DNA of 64,000 nucleotides, from the IMG/VR virus record IMGVR_UViG_3300022602_000026, one strand, 5' to 3'. A program made the position numbers and the translations under genes. The DNA is from a virus. Taxonomy: Duplodnaviria > Caudoviricetes. Every line of letters starts with the position of its first letter. The stretch's first letter is position 1. Shown one piece after another: positions 1 through 10,340 of the stretch. The notes beneath the pieces were generated by a model. That model ran no database searches and was not told where the DNA came from. It was given only the letters and a program-made list of their open reading frames with translations.

Positions 1-3000
1 TGTACTCCGTTTACATAAACCAACACCGAACTATTGCTCAGTGTTGTGTCACTAAAGATGTTGGAAATCTCGTAGTCGGTTTGTTGTGCATTTAATACTG
101 TATAAGTTAGAGTATTTAAATAATTGCTTCCATAAGGAACCATATCGCTATAGTACCAAGCAAACGTTTTATTTTTAACTGCATTAATTTGCGACAATAA
201 TTTATCTAGTAATGCAGGAATATTTGAATAATCTAAATCGGTAGTTCTAGTACTTAATTCAATGATTTTATTTTTTAATTTACTATATTCGTGTCTGGCT
301 AGATCTAAGCCTTTTAAGAAATTAGCATTGGTGTCTTCTAAGAATATCTCGCTATATAGTACCGGGCTTGCATGTTGTAGTATGCTTCCGCCTTGTGCTT
401 TGATTGGAGTATCTCTAAGATTACTAGATCCAGGAACTACTCCGGTAATTTGATTACTGTTGGCCACCATTGTTGTCAAATGGTTACGTAGTTGACCCAG
501 TGTAAGGCTAGTAAAGTTTGAGTTAGCACTATTAAAATCTAAATTTTCAGGAACCTCGTAATAGCCTAACGCACTGACTGTAGACGAATTGTAAATTAAA
601 ATATCAATTTGATCGCCAGTGACCAAACTGCTATCGGTAACTTGAACATAGGTGTTAACGCCAATGGTTTGTATACTATATCCGGTTGTGGGCTGACTGT
701 TGCGATATACTCTAAAGTATGGTACTGTAACTGCCGAACTTGTTGTAATATCTATTTGGAAATACGGGTTATTACCATCATATACTCCGCTTATAATTTG
801 GAACTGTTTGCTTGTCTCTTTGTTTGTGGTCCAAGAGTTTCTTAGATTGTAATCGGTTAAACTGATGTTTTGTTGTAATGTTCCGGCAGTGTTGATGTTC
901 TTGTCAACAACCGATACTTCTCCAGTAGTGGTGTAACTAAATGTATCATTGTCGAAATTGTTTGTAAATTGTATATCGCCAATTTGATTAAAGTTTCTGT
1001 AACTTAACGGAAAACCCAATACTGGATCTGCAACTCCGGTACCAACGCTATAAGCAAATATCTTTGTTCCTGCAAATGTAGATCCCACATAAACATCATT
1101 GTCGCCTAGACTGTATCCGTTCGCGTCAATTACATCAAATAGCGGTGCTTGATTGACCGAAGTCTTTGCCTGTGCAGGATGCCATTTGTTGCCATCAAAC
1201 CAAAATTGATAATATGTATTTGTATTGGCCGGATATGGATACTGTGTTCCGTTCAGTGTCACAACTGTGTTGTTCGGGCTTACCAAATAATCTTCTGCTG
1301 GCACCAAATTGATAACACTAGTTGGCCCTGGATACAATGACGCAATGTAAACAATGTTTACTACAAAAATTTGATTTACTATAGTGGGATCGAAGTCGTT
1401 AGCAAAAACAATTCGCATGCCCTGTGTAAGAGTAACTTCGCCAATAGCAAGTCCTGCAGGTTGTAGTTCCACTGTATTGCGAGCATCGGTAATTGAAAAA
1501 TCCAATATATCTATAGGAGCTTTTGCTACTCGTCCAAAATTGTACAACTGCACGTTGGCCTCAAACTCGATAATGGGCCGTGTTGCTCTTAGATTTTGAT
1601 CCAGTGTTGCAGTAGTGTTATTGTAAGCAGCAGTGGCAGTAATAATATCAACATGGAACCAACGGTTACTGCGTGTCCAAGCATTTAAATCTGCCGAAGC
1701 ACGATTTACAGTAAGGTAATCGGGAACAGCTAATCCGTTTACAGCATCTGGAGTTTGAAACGAAGTTACGTCCAACAATTGTATTGCAGTCCCAACACCT
1801 TCTACGTAATATGTTTTGCCAGCATAACTACTGGGATTGGCGCTAGAGTCAAAAGTCACAGTCAATCCATTAGAGAAAACTACTCCGTTGGGACTTTTAT
1901 AATTTTTTGCTCCGACTATTTCAGTGTCTATGTTTATAGTAGTATCACTCAATACCAATAAATCTATTTGTCCCACATAACTAGATCCTGTACCATCTTG
2001 GTAGTATAAATTTGTCAGTGGTGCTGTAATAGTTGGCATTAGATTATAAACATTATATTGTAAATAATCAGGGTTTAAGTAATATGTAAATTCTGCTCGA
2101 GTAGTACCGCCTTTGACAAAAACTTTTTGTAAGGCAGTTACTGCAAATGCTTGTGCCAGGGGATTTAGTGTAACAACCGGATCTGGATCGTTGCTTAGTG
2201 TAATGTTCCACGCATTTAATCTATTGGCTACAGGAACTGTAACATTATCAACAGTCCAGAAACTTGGATCAACATCGCCGTTGACAAATATCAACGACTT
2301 TAAATTTAATTGATAAGGATTGTTCACTCCATCTATACCTGATTCCTGCAATGCTGCGATACTGCTTAGGGTTTTTCCTTGTATTTGATTATAGTGCAGT
2401 TTTGTGCTTAGATCGGCACTGCCAGCCAAGGTCATTTGTGTGTAAAAATCTTGTGCCGTAGGTTGTGGTACTGTAAAAGTAATAGTACCTACATCGATAC
2501 CGTTATTAACTACGCCAAGCACATTTCTACTGCTGATGTTGGTTTGGTTGGGTTGCACTCCGCTAGTGCCGGGACTGGTTTGAATCCAGAATGGATAGCC
2601 GGGCTGGTTGACTACGAATTGATATGTGCCTCCGTAGCCCAATCTCAGTACAGGGTTTTCTACCCCGTCTGTGGTGCTAAAATTATAAGCGCCGGTTGCA
2701 GGATTGCGTGTGACAATAAAAGTCTGTTGTGCTGGAATTTCTGAACCGTATACCAGTACAACCCCTGGGCCATTTTCTAGCCAATAGTATTGTGTAAAAT
2801 TTACAAACTTGTCAAAATCAAACAATCCATCATAACTGTAGTACTCGCCTTTAAACAAACGATCATGATTGTTATTGAGTCCGCCACTATAGCCCACTTG
2901 ATTAACTAAATCAATGTAACTGCTAAAGAAATTTACATCTCCAGTCTTGGGATTTTTAACTACTACACTGGGCTCGAGCTGATAATTTTGTCGTTGTGCA

Positions 3001-3185
3001 GTTGGTTCAGGCACATAGTTGTCGGTACTTTTAAATGTGGGCGCAAATTTACGACCCACATATCCATTGATGTTTCTTAGGTCGGGTTGTGTTACCAGCT
3101 GATCTAAAGTTGCGTTTAAAAACTTTTGATTGGCTGGAGTTCTAAATGTTTCTGGTAAAAAATTACTGGTTACTATTTGTGCCAT
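1..3185 (-). CDS. Very large baseplate/virion structural protein, truncated at the left window edge
   Basis: Not in the ORF track because it runs off the edge. ATG at 3185 directly after the gp6 stop gives MAQIVTSNFLPETFRTPANQKFLNATLDQL. Spot checks at both ends (…NSSVLVYVNGV at the edge) are open in the same frame. Position downstream of gp6 suggests a wedge component. Confidence 0.75.
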   Translation of the reverse strand, partial: MAQIVTSNFLPETFRTPANQKFLNATLDQLVTQPDLRNINGYVGRKFAPTFKSTDNYVPEPTAQRQNYQLEPSVVVKNPKTGDVNFFSSYIDLVNQVGYSGGLNNNHDRLFKGEYYSYDGLFDFDKFVNFTQYYWLENGPGVVLVYGSEIPAQQTFIVTRNPATGAYNFSTTDGVENPVLRLGYGGTYQFVVNQPGYPFWIQTSPGTSGVQPNQTNISSRNVLGVVNNGIDVGTITFTVPQPTAQDFYTQMTLAGSADLSTKLHYNQIQGKTLSSIAALQESGIDGVNNPYQLNLKSLIFVNGDVDPSFWTVDNVTVPVANRLNAWNITLSNDPDPVVTLNPLAQAFAVTALQKVFVKGGTTRAEFTYYLNPDYLQYNVYNLMPTITAPLTNLYYQDGTGSSYVGQIDLLVLSDTTINIDTEIVGAKNYKSPNGVVFSNGLTVTFDSSANPSSYAGKTYYVEGVGTAIQLLDVTSFQTPDAVNGLAVPDYLTVNRASADLNAWTRSNRWFHVDIITATAAYNNTTATLDQNLRATRPIIEFEANVQLYNFGRVAKAPIDILDFSITDARNTVELQPAGLAIGEVTLTQGMRIVFANDFDPTIVNQIFVVNIVYIASLYPGPTSVINLVPAEDYLVSPNNTVVTLNGTQYPYPANTNTYYQFWFDGNKWHPAQAKTSVNQAPLFDVIDANGYSLGDNDVYVGSTFAGTKIFAYSVGTGVADPVLGFPLSYRNFNQIGDIQFTNNFDNDTFSYTTTGEVSVVDKNINTAGTLQQNISLTDYNLRNSWTTNKETSKQFQIISGVYDGNNPYFQIDITTSSAVTVPYFRVYRNSQPTTGYSIQTIGVNTYVQVTDSSLVTGDQIDILIYNSSTVSALGYYEVPENLDFNSANSNFTSLTLGQLRNHLTTMVANSNQITGVVPGSSNLRDTPIKAQGGSILQHASPVLYSEIFLEDTNANFLKGLDLARHEYSKLKNKIIELSTRTTDLDYSNIPALLDKLLSQINAVKNKTFAWYYSDMVPYGSNYLNTLTYTVLNAQQTDYEISNIFSDTTLSNSSVLVYVNGV

Positions 3186-3186
3186 A

Positions 3187-6100
3187 TTAAATTACAATTC
3201 CTAGTCCCGCAAGGGTTTGATTAATTTGTGCTGCTGTTATAGCACTAATAATTTGTACATTATCTGCTGTAGCAGCGCTGATCATAATTTCATTATAATT
3301 GGAGTTTATTTGTAATAAACTTCCAAATGCAAGATCAGTACTTGACGGTACTATGATAATACTTGCAACATTTGGAGCCAATTGATTGTGTAAATATGTG
3401 CTTAATTCACTGAAATAAAATGTATCGCCAAAATTCCAATTGGCAGTATTAAAAAACGTATTGATTGCCGAAATAGTTTGACTAATAACATCATTGTCGC
3501 TGACTGTTACATTGGGATTTTTCACAATTTTAAATGTTGCTTGCAAGTTTGCATCGGCCTTTTTACCAAACAACGGTTTGTATTTTCCTGCGTTATAAAC
3601 TATAGTATCGCTCAATGGTTTGAAATTTTGCAAGCCATTTGCTCCTGACCCGTATTGGGTCTGCAACTCGTCATTGGTTGGCGGCGACGGTTCTGACACT
3701 GTGCCGGTTGTGTCTTGTATCCATGACAAATAGTCATTGGCGTATTGTTGTGTTAGAATATATAAATCCATTATATTATTTGGACTTGGATCAATACGTC
3801 TATCATTGGGGCTGGCATGTCTATATTGAAAATACAAATCTTGTCTGCCAACTTCGGCAACATAATTTGTCACCTGTGTTAGTGTTCTGGTTGTATTTCC
3901 GCCAGACACAGTAATTGTCAATTGATAAAAATTATTTTCTGCGGTGGCATAAAATACCTGCCCGTTAGTATACAATGTCAATGCAGCATTGATTGCGGCT
4001 TTTGTTGCTAGTGTTGTAACTATGGTTGTGTTGTCTACCGGAGCAATGGTTAAAAAGTCTCCAAGATCGGTATTTTGATCTGTAACTTGTTGGAAGAACA
4101 CATACTTCATTGTGGGATTGACTGTGGGTGCAACAATGTTGGTAAACAGGTCAGGGTTGTCTGGAACGCCATCATTGTTGGAATCCGGGAACGTGACCAA
4201 GACCTGCGTATTATCTACGTAGCCATCGGCATTGACCACATTGTCATAGATATACCAAGTTTGATCTTCGCCGATAGGAGTAGCACTGTCGGGTTCGCTA
4301 TTGGTCTTTAGTACCACAACTTGATCGGTTATGGTCAATCCAGTTTTACTGTTGTAGACTTTGACTTCGGGATCGAAGTAAAAACGTGTTTCTCCGGCAC
4401 TCTGGAAAACATACTGTAGGCCACGATGTGCTAGATTATAACTTATGCCGTTGTAGGTAAATGCCAGGATCCAACTTGCGTCCAAGCCCATGCCGCTGGT
4501 ATCGCCTTGATTGGTCAAACTAAATGCTCCAAGATTTAAATCTTTTGGTTGTATAATTTGCCAGCTTTGTGTTGTGACATTGTAACTCAAGCCGATGTTT
4601 TGGTAGCTTTGAAGTAAATTTATTATTGTAGAATTAAAAGCAGCACCCGGTAAGTCGTTTTTAAATACTGGAATAATAGTGTCTAGCACTGCGCCACTGG
4701 GAAGATTTTTACTTAGTTGTACCGGCATCCCCGCATTGGCCATTACCACCTTGGCCCAGAGATAGGTGTTTTGACTGGGGTATTGTGGTGTACCAGTTTG
4801 AATGTTGTTTTGTGCGTCAAAGTACTTGCCGGCACCAGCATTAAATCTTAATAGTGCGCCGGTTGTTATATATTGTAAATTGCTGCTAACACCAAGTCCA
4901 ATTTGATAAATTGCGTTGGAGTTGTTTACAAAGTAACCTTGACTGCTGTTACTGCTATTTGATTGCAAATACCAATAGGTGTTTGTGGGCGTGAATCGCG
5001 GAAAGTTTGCATAGTAAAAATGCAACACATCTTTGCTACTCAACAACGGTATTGCAGTGTTGTAGAGTACTTCATATAAATCATTTGCAGTTGCAAAACT
5101 GAACTGTGTACTGGCTGTTGGGGCCTGCTGATACAACCATCCGTCGTCGCAGAATATATTTGTGCTTGAATAGCTGCCGGTAACATCTAATACATCTAGA
5201 TATCGACTTATACCACTGCTGGTGCGATTGACTGCTTTGGCTTTTAGTATGCTGCTGAAGTTGGTGTACGGGAAAAGATTGTAATCTTCCCCGGTGATCA
5301 TGCGGTTTTGTGTGTAATATTGTGCCGGTGCTCGTGCACGAATATCTTCAATTAATTCTCTTGTTTGTGCATTTGAAACTGTATAATAAAGACTTGCAGT
5401 AATGGTCAGAGTTTCTACTGTGTTGTTTCTACTTACGTAATTAATAGGTATAGTAACACTCTGCATCTCGTCGGGAGTTATTTTGTATTGTAGTCCGTTA
5501 CTGGTTCTATAAAATAATCTAAAAATGCCCTGTGGCAAATTGGCAAAGCTGCCGTCGCCAAATACCAAATCCACTTGATCGTTTGTGCGACTGTTGACTT
5601 GATACAAATTTCTATTGGTGCTTTGATTGTAAATCACGTTGATGCCGGCCACTGCCGGAACTGCGCTCCAGGCAGTAGTGGGGTTGCCGTTTACATCCAA
5701 CTGATACAACCAAACATCGTTGTTGTTGATGTTGTTGTAGTTTACATTTACTATTCGATTGGGCAAACTTTGTTGTAGATTAAAATCTTGTGTGGCCAGT
5801 GAACCTTGTTTGAAATACAAGAAAAATCCTGTGTTGTTGCTGCCGTTGCCCAAATTATCGTTGCGATATAGTATATTGAACTTTCCCGATGGAACCGGGG
5901 CTGGTTCATAGATATATGATTGCCCAACAGTTGTGGCACTTATGGCTTCAAACGGAGTTTGACTGTTTTCTACTATGGCATTAAAACTTACTCGAGGAAT
6001 AACTCCCGATGGTAAATTGATACTGTATTCGTCAGTTTCGATTCCGTTGACAGTATTAGTATTACCAGGGTTACCAATTTGTTGATTGCTCACCAATGCA

Positions 6101-6585
6101 GCATTTAGTATAGTGGTCAACTGTTCTTGCCAGTCGGGATTGGCAGTGTCGTTCCAGTTGATCAATAGATTACTTAGGTTTAGTCCGTTGCTGTCAAATA
6201 CACTTTCTGTGGTGCTCACACTGTCAATTTTTAATTGTCCGCTGGCATTGATGTGTCTGCTGGGATTGTAGCTGATTAGTCGTGCCAGTTTTAGTATACT
6301 GTCGCGACGCTCGGCAGTGTCAATAAAGTTTTCACGTGCGTTTAAATCGGTTCTAAACGCCAAACTCTGTCCCAAAAATGCAATCAAATCTATTAGAGCA
6401 ACATATTCGCTGCTTTCAGTAAAGTCATTGAAGTCTTCGGGATAGTAGGTTTGGAGATAGTCAATCATTGCTTTACGCAATGTTTCAAAATCATAGCTCT
6501 GAAAATCAGCCTGTTTAAAAGTCTGATAAAGTTTGGTCCAATCTTGATTGACCAAAAGATTTGTTTGACGTGTAGTTATAGACAT
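3187..6585 (-). CDS. gp6: Baseplate wedge subunit, T4 gp6-like
   Basis: N-terminus DFETLRKAMIDYL…DFNDFTESSEYVALIDLIAF…NARENFIDTAERRDSILKLARLISY and the later RMITGEDY motif match gp6/baseplate-J proteins; located next to gp25. Confidence 0.85.
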   Translation of the reverse strand: MSITTRQTNLLVNQDWTKLYQTFKQADFQSYDFETLRKAMIDYLQTYYPEDFNDFTESSEYVALIDLIAFLGQSLAFRTDLNARENFIDTAERRDSILKLARLISYNPSRHINASGQLKIDSVSTTESVFDSNGLNLSNLLINWNDTANPDWQEQLTTILNAALVSNQQIGNPGNTNTVNGIETDEYSINLPSGVIPRVSFNAIVENSQTPFEAISATTVGQSYIYEPAPVPSGKFNILYRNDNLGNGSNNTGFFLYFKQGSLATQDFNLQQSLPNRIVNVNYNNINNNDVWLYQLDVNGNPTTAWSAVPAVAGINVIYNQSTNRNLYQVNSRTNDQVDLVFGDGSFANLPQGIFRLFYRTSNGLQYKITPDEMQSVTIPINYVSRNNTVETLTITASLYYTVSNAQTRELIEDIRARAPAQYYTQNRMITGEDYNLFPYTNFSSILKAKAVNRTSSGISRYLDVLDVTGSYSSTNIFCDDGWLYQQAPTASTQFSFATANDLYEVLYNTAIPLLSSKDVLHFYYANFPRFTPTNTYWYLQSNSSNSSQGYFVNNSNAIYQIGLGVSSNLQYITTGALLRFNAGAGKYFDAQNNIQTGTPQYPSQNTYLWAKVVMANAGMPVQLSKNLPSGAVLDTIIPVFKNDLPGAAFNSTIINLLQSYQNIGLSYNVTTQSWQIIQPKDLNLGAFSLTNQGDTSGMGLDASWILAFTYNGISYNLAHRGLQYVFQSAGETRFYFDPEVKVYNSKTGLTITDQVVVLKTNSEPDSATPIGEDQTWYIYDNVVNADGYVDNTQVLVTFPDSNNDGVPDNPDLFTNIVAPTVNPTMKYVFFQQVTDQNTDLGDFLTIAPVDNTTIVTTLATKAAINAALTLYTNGQVFYATAENNFYQLTITVSGGNTTRTLTQVTNYVAEVGRQDLYFQYRHASPNDRRIDPSPNNIMDLYILTQQYANDYLSWIQDTTGTVSEPSPPTNDELQTQYGSGANGLQNFKPLSDTIVYNAGKYKPLFGKKADANLQATFKIVKNPNVTVSDNDVISQTISAINTFFNTANWNFGDTFYFSELSTYLHNQLAPNVASIIIVPSSTDLAFGSLLQINSNYNEIMISAATADNVQIISAITAAQINQTLAGLGIVI

Positions 6586-6637
6586 CCGAATTTACCCATT
6601 ATTTTATATTTATTGCAAAAATAAACTATGTAGTTTA

Positions 6638-7024
6638 TTAATAAAGGCCGGATGTGGTCAGCGATTTACTGTCTTGATTGAACTGTAAGGTAAGTGATGT
6701 GGCTTGATTTTCCGGAATATAAGTCATGTCTAACGCTATTTGTATTCCGTTATCTTGAGTGGTTACTTGGATATTATCCAATATCATTCGGGGATCGTAG
6801 CCCACAATGCGCTCGACATCGTCAATTACCAATTGGGTTGTGGTATCGTCCAAGGGCTCGAACAACATGCTCCATATTATGCTACCAAAGTTGGGTTGCA
6901 TGAGCTTTTCGCCTTTTCGAATACTGAAATGATTGATCAAGTCTTGTTTGACCAAATCAATGTCCGTAGTACGGAATTTTTTAGCTCGGTTTGCGGTGCT
7001 GAAGCCTCGGTAGAATGTAGTCAT
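6638..7024 (-). CDS. gp25: Baseplate wedge subunit / sheath initiator, gp25-like
   Basis: 128 aa with DLVKQDLINHFSIRKGEKLMQPNFGS…LFEP…YDPR, typical of gp25/GPW. Confidence 0.9.
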   Translation of the reverse strand: MTTFYRGFSTANRAKKFRTTDIDLVKQDLINHFSIRKGEKLMQPNFGSIIWSMLFEPLDDTTTQLVIDDVERIVGYDPRMILDNIQVTTQDNGIQIALDMTYIPENQATSLTLQFNQDSKSLTTSGLY

Positions 7025-7037
7025 AGTATACTATTTA

Positions 7038-10000
7038 TTAACTTGCATTGGCCATTTGAATGTGTACTTGATCGGGTTTACTGAATGTTCCGCCCCAACG
7101 TAGGCCGTATTGCGCCAGATTAACTGTTGCGTTGACCAATGTAGCTTGCCCGCTGTCAATAGCCACTCCCGAATTGTGCGGGCTACCCTTGCCGCCTAGG
7201 CTTATGGGCTTGGCCGGGGTTGTAATACCGCCAGCAGTGGGCATGTTGGGACCGCCGCCGGCTGCTAGCCAACGTTGGTATATTGCATCTTGATCGGCCG
7301 GACTGCGGTATGCACTAGTGATTGTAATCTTGCTGCCTTTGACCAGTTTAAAATCTCGAGCCATTTGCAATATTGCGTTTTTAAATGTACCGTTCAGTTG
7401 ATCAAAATTGCTGCGAGTGCCCGTGCCCGAGTTTGAGAATGTCAATACATCATCGGGATTAATGCCACTGGTATTGGCTCCTCCCGAAGTGCTCGGGACT
7501 GTTGGACCGCTGGCACTACTTGGTACGCTGGGGCTCGTTGCCCCGCCACCTGCAGCTAATACATCAATTGCGTAACGTCCTTGATTAAAATAGTCGGTGC
7601 CGTTATGTCCGTATGCATCCGTCAAAGTACCTTGCTTGCGCCATTTCAATGCACTATCTACACTTCTAAATTGATGTGCAACAAACAACATACCGGCCGC
7701 GGCACAAATGTCGTCTGCGGACATGATTCCGCCGTTGGCCACCAATGATGCGTAATTATTTGTAAATTCATTGAATTGTATTGTGTCTTGCACAGTGGCA
7801 CTGGCAAAGAAATTGTTTTGGCTTTGAATACTGTCTTTGCCAGTCCAGCTTTCGCCTTTTGACAATGTACTGGTTCCGTACTGCTTTATAGCATCGGGTT
7901 TGATATATCCAGCAGCAGCCAAGTACGCAGCATCCACTTGGTATTTGCCAATACGTGTCCCGTCGCTATTGATCATGCTATAATTGAATTGACTTTCAAA
8001 GTAGCCCAATTCTGCCATTAGAGCCTTGACCTGTGCTTGTGTAAATTTAGGCGATGTGCTGCCAATACCGCTAGAAGGACTATAAGTCGAGGTCTTTGCT
8101 AGGTATTCTGCAGGGCAAGTATTACCAACAACTGCTAGTCCAGCAGCTGCCGAGATACCAAGATCTGTACTGGATCCTGTGGTGCTGGTTGTGCCGGATC
8201 TTACTGGATTTCCAAATCCATCAGTTATAGTACTGCCATTACCGCTGCTTAATGTTCCGCTTTGTGCCGGCGCAGTTCCTGCGTTGGCCAATGCCTGTTG
8301 TACCAAGGGTAGATTTTTGGCTGCTGCTGCGCCAACACTGGCACATGTAATGCTGCCATCTGCGGCTTGTAAACCTTTGTTTGCTTGTGCTACATCGCTA
8401 TTGGGCTGAGCAATCACATAGTTGTCGGGTTTGCCGATTGCTGCAGGCCAGAATGTGCACAAATATAAATCTTGTAGTTTTGGTGTTGGTGCTTTGGTAG
8501 TAAACTTGAAGTAATTGTAATACTTTAAAACCCAGTCCATTTGATCCACACGACTTAGTTGTGCCAATGCGTCAACAGTGGTGCCTAATCCGATTGCTGT
8601 ACTAGGTAAAAACTGTATTAGTCCCACAGGTCGTCCCTGTTTTAATTGTGGTCCTTGAATGGCCGGATCAAATGTGCCGCCAGATTCGTTGTACATAAAT
8701 GCCAACATATCTATGTAATTGGCATTCAATGCAGTTGCAACCGATTTGACCTTGTCCAAGAAAGCAGTGTCTGTAGTCCAAGGCACCGGTTGATATTTTA
8801 CTTTACCACGATCTAGGTTGTTGCTATTGGGAGGAGGCAATGTATAAACTGGTGCCGAACCAGTTTTTGGTGCACAAACATTGTTTGATACTTCTTTGGT
8901 GAGCGGCACTGCCGGTTGTGTTCTAGTCCAGGGCTCGTGACTGGGCAGTACTTTGACAATACTGTCGGTTGCTGCCGGTACTCCGCTCCAAAGTTTGGTA
9001 GCTTCCCCATCGTAGGTTGTGTCGGCATGCTTTTCCTTTTTTATTGTGGGATTAGGAATACTGCTGCCACCACCACCGCCATTGATGTCAATGGTACTAC
9101 CATTTATCTTCATTGCTGCTGCCGAGCTCATGCTCAATTTACCATCACTGCTGACGATGATCTCGCCACCGCCCATGCTCATTTTAGCACCGTAAATTAC
9201 GGTACTTTCTGCTCCGCCAATCTTGATCTGCGGGCTTGTCATGGTATGCGACACTGCACTGTCTATGTTGACACTGCCCACGGCCTGCATGTTGATATCG
9301 CCGTCACTGTGAAAATTTATGTCGCCTTCACTGCGTACACTAAAATCGCCCTTGGTGTACACGTTGACTCCGCTGTCACCGATTTCTAACCAAGTGGTGC
9401 CGTTTTTGTGAGAAATATATATTGTGCTTTGATCATCGCTCATCAATAATTGATGTCCACCTGCGGTGCGTAAACGCATCAATTGATCTACCCCATTGAC
9501 GTCGCCGTCGTCCATGACAAATGTATGCCCACCCTTGCGTACTGGCACTGCATATTGGTCAGCGGGTATGCTTCCGTTGTTGACTTTGTCTAGATAATTT
9601 GGATCATCAGCAGGGTCTTTGCCCAGGGGTCGTCCTGGTGTGCTGATTCCAAATACATAGCTGGGAGTTTCGCGTTGGCTATTAGAACTTATCGCCCCGC
9701 GAGTTTTGTCTCGATCCAGACCCTGCATGAATAAGATATTTGCTTGAAAAGCGTGTATGGGCTTGGGGTTATCGTAAAAAGTACCGTTGATGTCGGCTGA
9801 TGCGTTTTCATTAAATTCTGCAACTGGCAAATATTGTGGGGTAGCTGAATTGCCGGGCAATACACTGGCCTTAATCGAAGGATCAATATTGTTTTTGTCA
9901 ATTACATTACCAGCAGCAATCACTGGAACCATGTATTGACTTAGATTTTCGTTGATACAAGCAAACCAATATCCACGATCGGGCTGCCCGTTAATGAATG

Positions 10001-10328
10001 TGCACAGAACTAGATTGCCAAGATCCGGAGGAACGGCCCACATACCATAACTGTGTGGAACATCATTGAATGTGTTGTTTGTACTTTTGTTACTGCGGTA
10101 TGTGCTGCCAAAATACGGACTGGCATAATTTACTTTGCGCCAATTCTGTTCGTCTTCTTCGTGCCCGCCAAAGTCGGGAATCCATACTCGCAACCTGCCG
10201 TCTCGAGCAGGCGACAAGTTGTCCTTGACCACTCCCACGTAAATTCCAGTGTCGTTCTTGACTCCGGCTACTGCGTCACGGTCAAAGTTTCTTGGGATTT
10301 TTTTGCCGACTACATTATCTAATGCCAT
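7038..10328 (-). CDS. gp5: Baseplate central spike, gp5-like, fused to two lysozyme-like domains and a C-terminal M15 peptidase
   Basis: N-terminal YVGVVKDNLSPARDGRLRVWIP (OB-fold) and RTAGGHQLLMSDD (beta-helix entry); MYNESGG…GLIQF; GYFESQFNY…IGKYQ; SAYRS…SPHNSGVAID…WGG…DQVH. Confidence 0.8.
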   Translation of the reverse strand: MALDNVVGKKIPRNFDRDAVAGVKNDTGIYVGVVKDNLSPARDGRLRVWIPDFGGHEEDEQNWRKVNYASPYFGSTYRSNKSTNNTFNDVPHSYGMWAVPPDLGNLVLCTFINGQPDRGYWFACINENLSQYMVPVIAAGNVIDKNNIDPSIKASVLPGNSATPQYLPVAEFNENASADINGTFYDNPKPIHAFQANILFMQGLDRDKTRGAISSNSQRETPSYVFGISTPGRPLGKDPADDPNYLDKVNNGSIPADQYAVPVRKGGHTFVMDDGDVNGVDQLMRLRTAGGHQLLMSDDQSTIYISHKNGTTWLEIGDSGVNVYTKGDFSVRSEGDINFHSDGDINMQAVGSVNIDSAVSHTMTSPQIKIGGAESTVIYGAKMSMGGGEIIVSSDGKLSMSSAAAMKINGSTIDINGGGGGSSIPNPTIKKEKHADTTYDGEATKLWSGVPAATDSIVKVLPSHEPWTRTQPAVPLTKEVSNNVCAPKTGSAPVYTLPPPNSNNLDRGKVKYQPVPWTTDTAFLDKVKSVATALNANYIDMLAFMYNESGGTFDPAIQGPQLKQGRPVGLIQFLPSTAIGLGTTVDALAQLSRVDQMDWVLKYYNYFKFTTKAPTPKLQDLYLCTFWPAAIGKPDNYVIAQPNSDVAQANKGLQAADGSITCASVGAAAAKNLPLVQQALANAGTAPAQSGTLSSGNGSTITDGFGNPVRSGTTSTTGSSTDLGISAAAGLAVVGNTCPAEYLAKTSTYSPSSGIGSTSPKFTQAQVKALMAELGYFESQFNYSMINSDGTRIGKYQVDAAYLAAAGYIKPDAIKQYGTSTLSKGESWTGKDSIQSQNNFFASATVQDTIQFNEFTNNYASLVANGGIMSADDICAAAGMLFVAHQFRSVDSALKWRKQGTLTDAYGHNGTDYFNQGRYAIDVLAAGGGATSPSVPSSASGPTVPSTSGGANTSGINPDDVLTFSNSGTGTRSNFDQLNGTFKNAILQMARDFKLVKGSKITITSAYRSPADQDAIYQRWLAAGGGPNMPTAGGITTPAKPISLGGKGSPHNSGVAIDSGQATLVNATVNLAQYGLRWGGTFSKPDQVHIQMANAS

Positions 10329-10340
10329 TGTTTACTTTCC

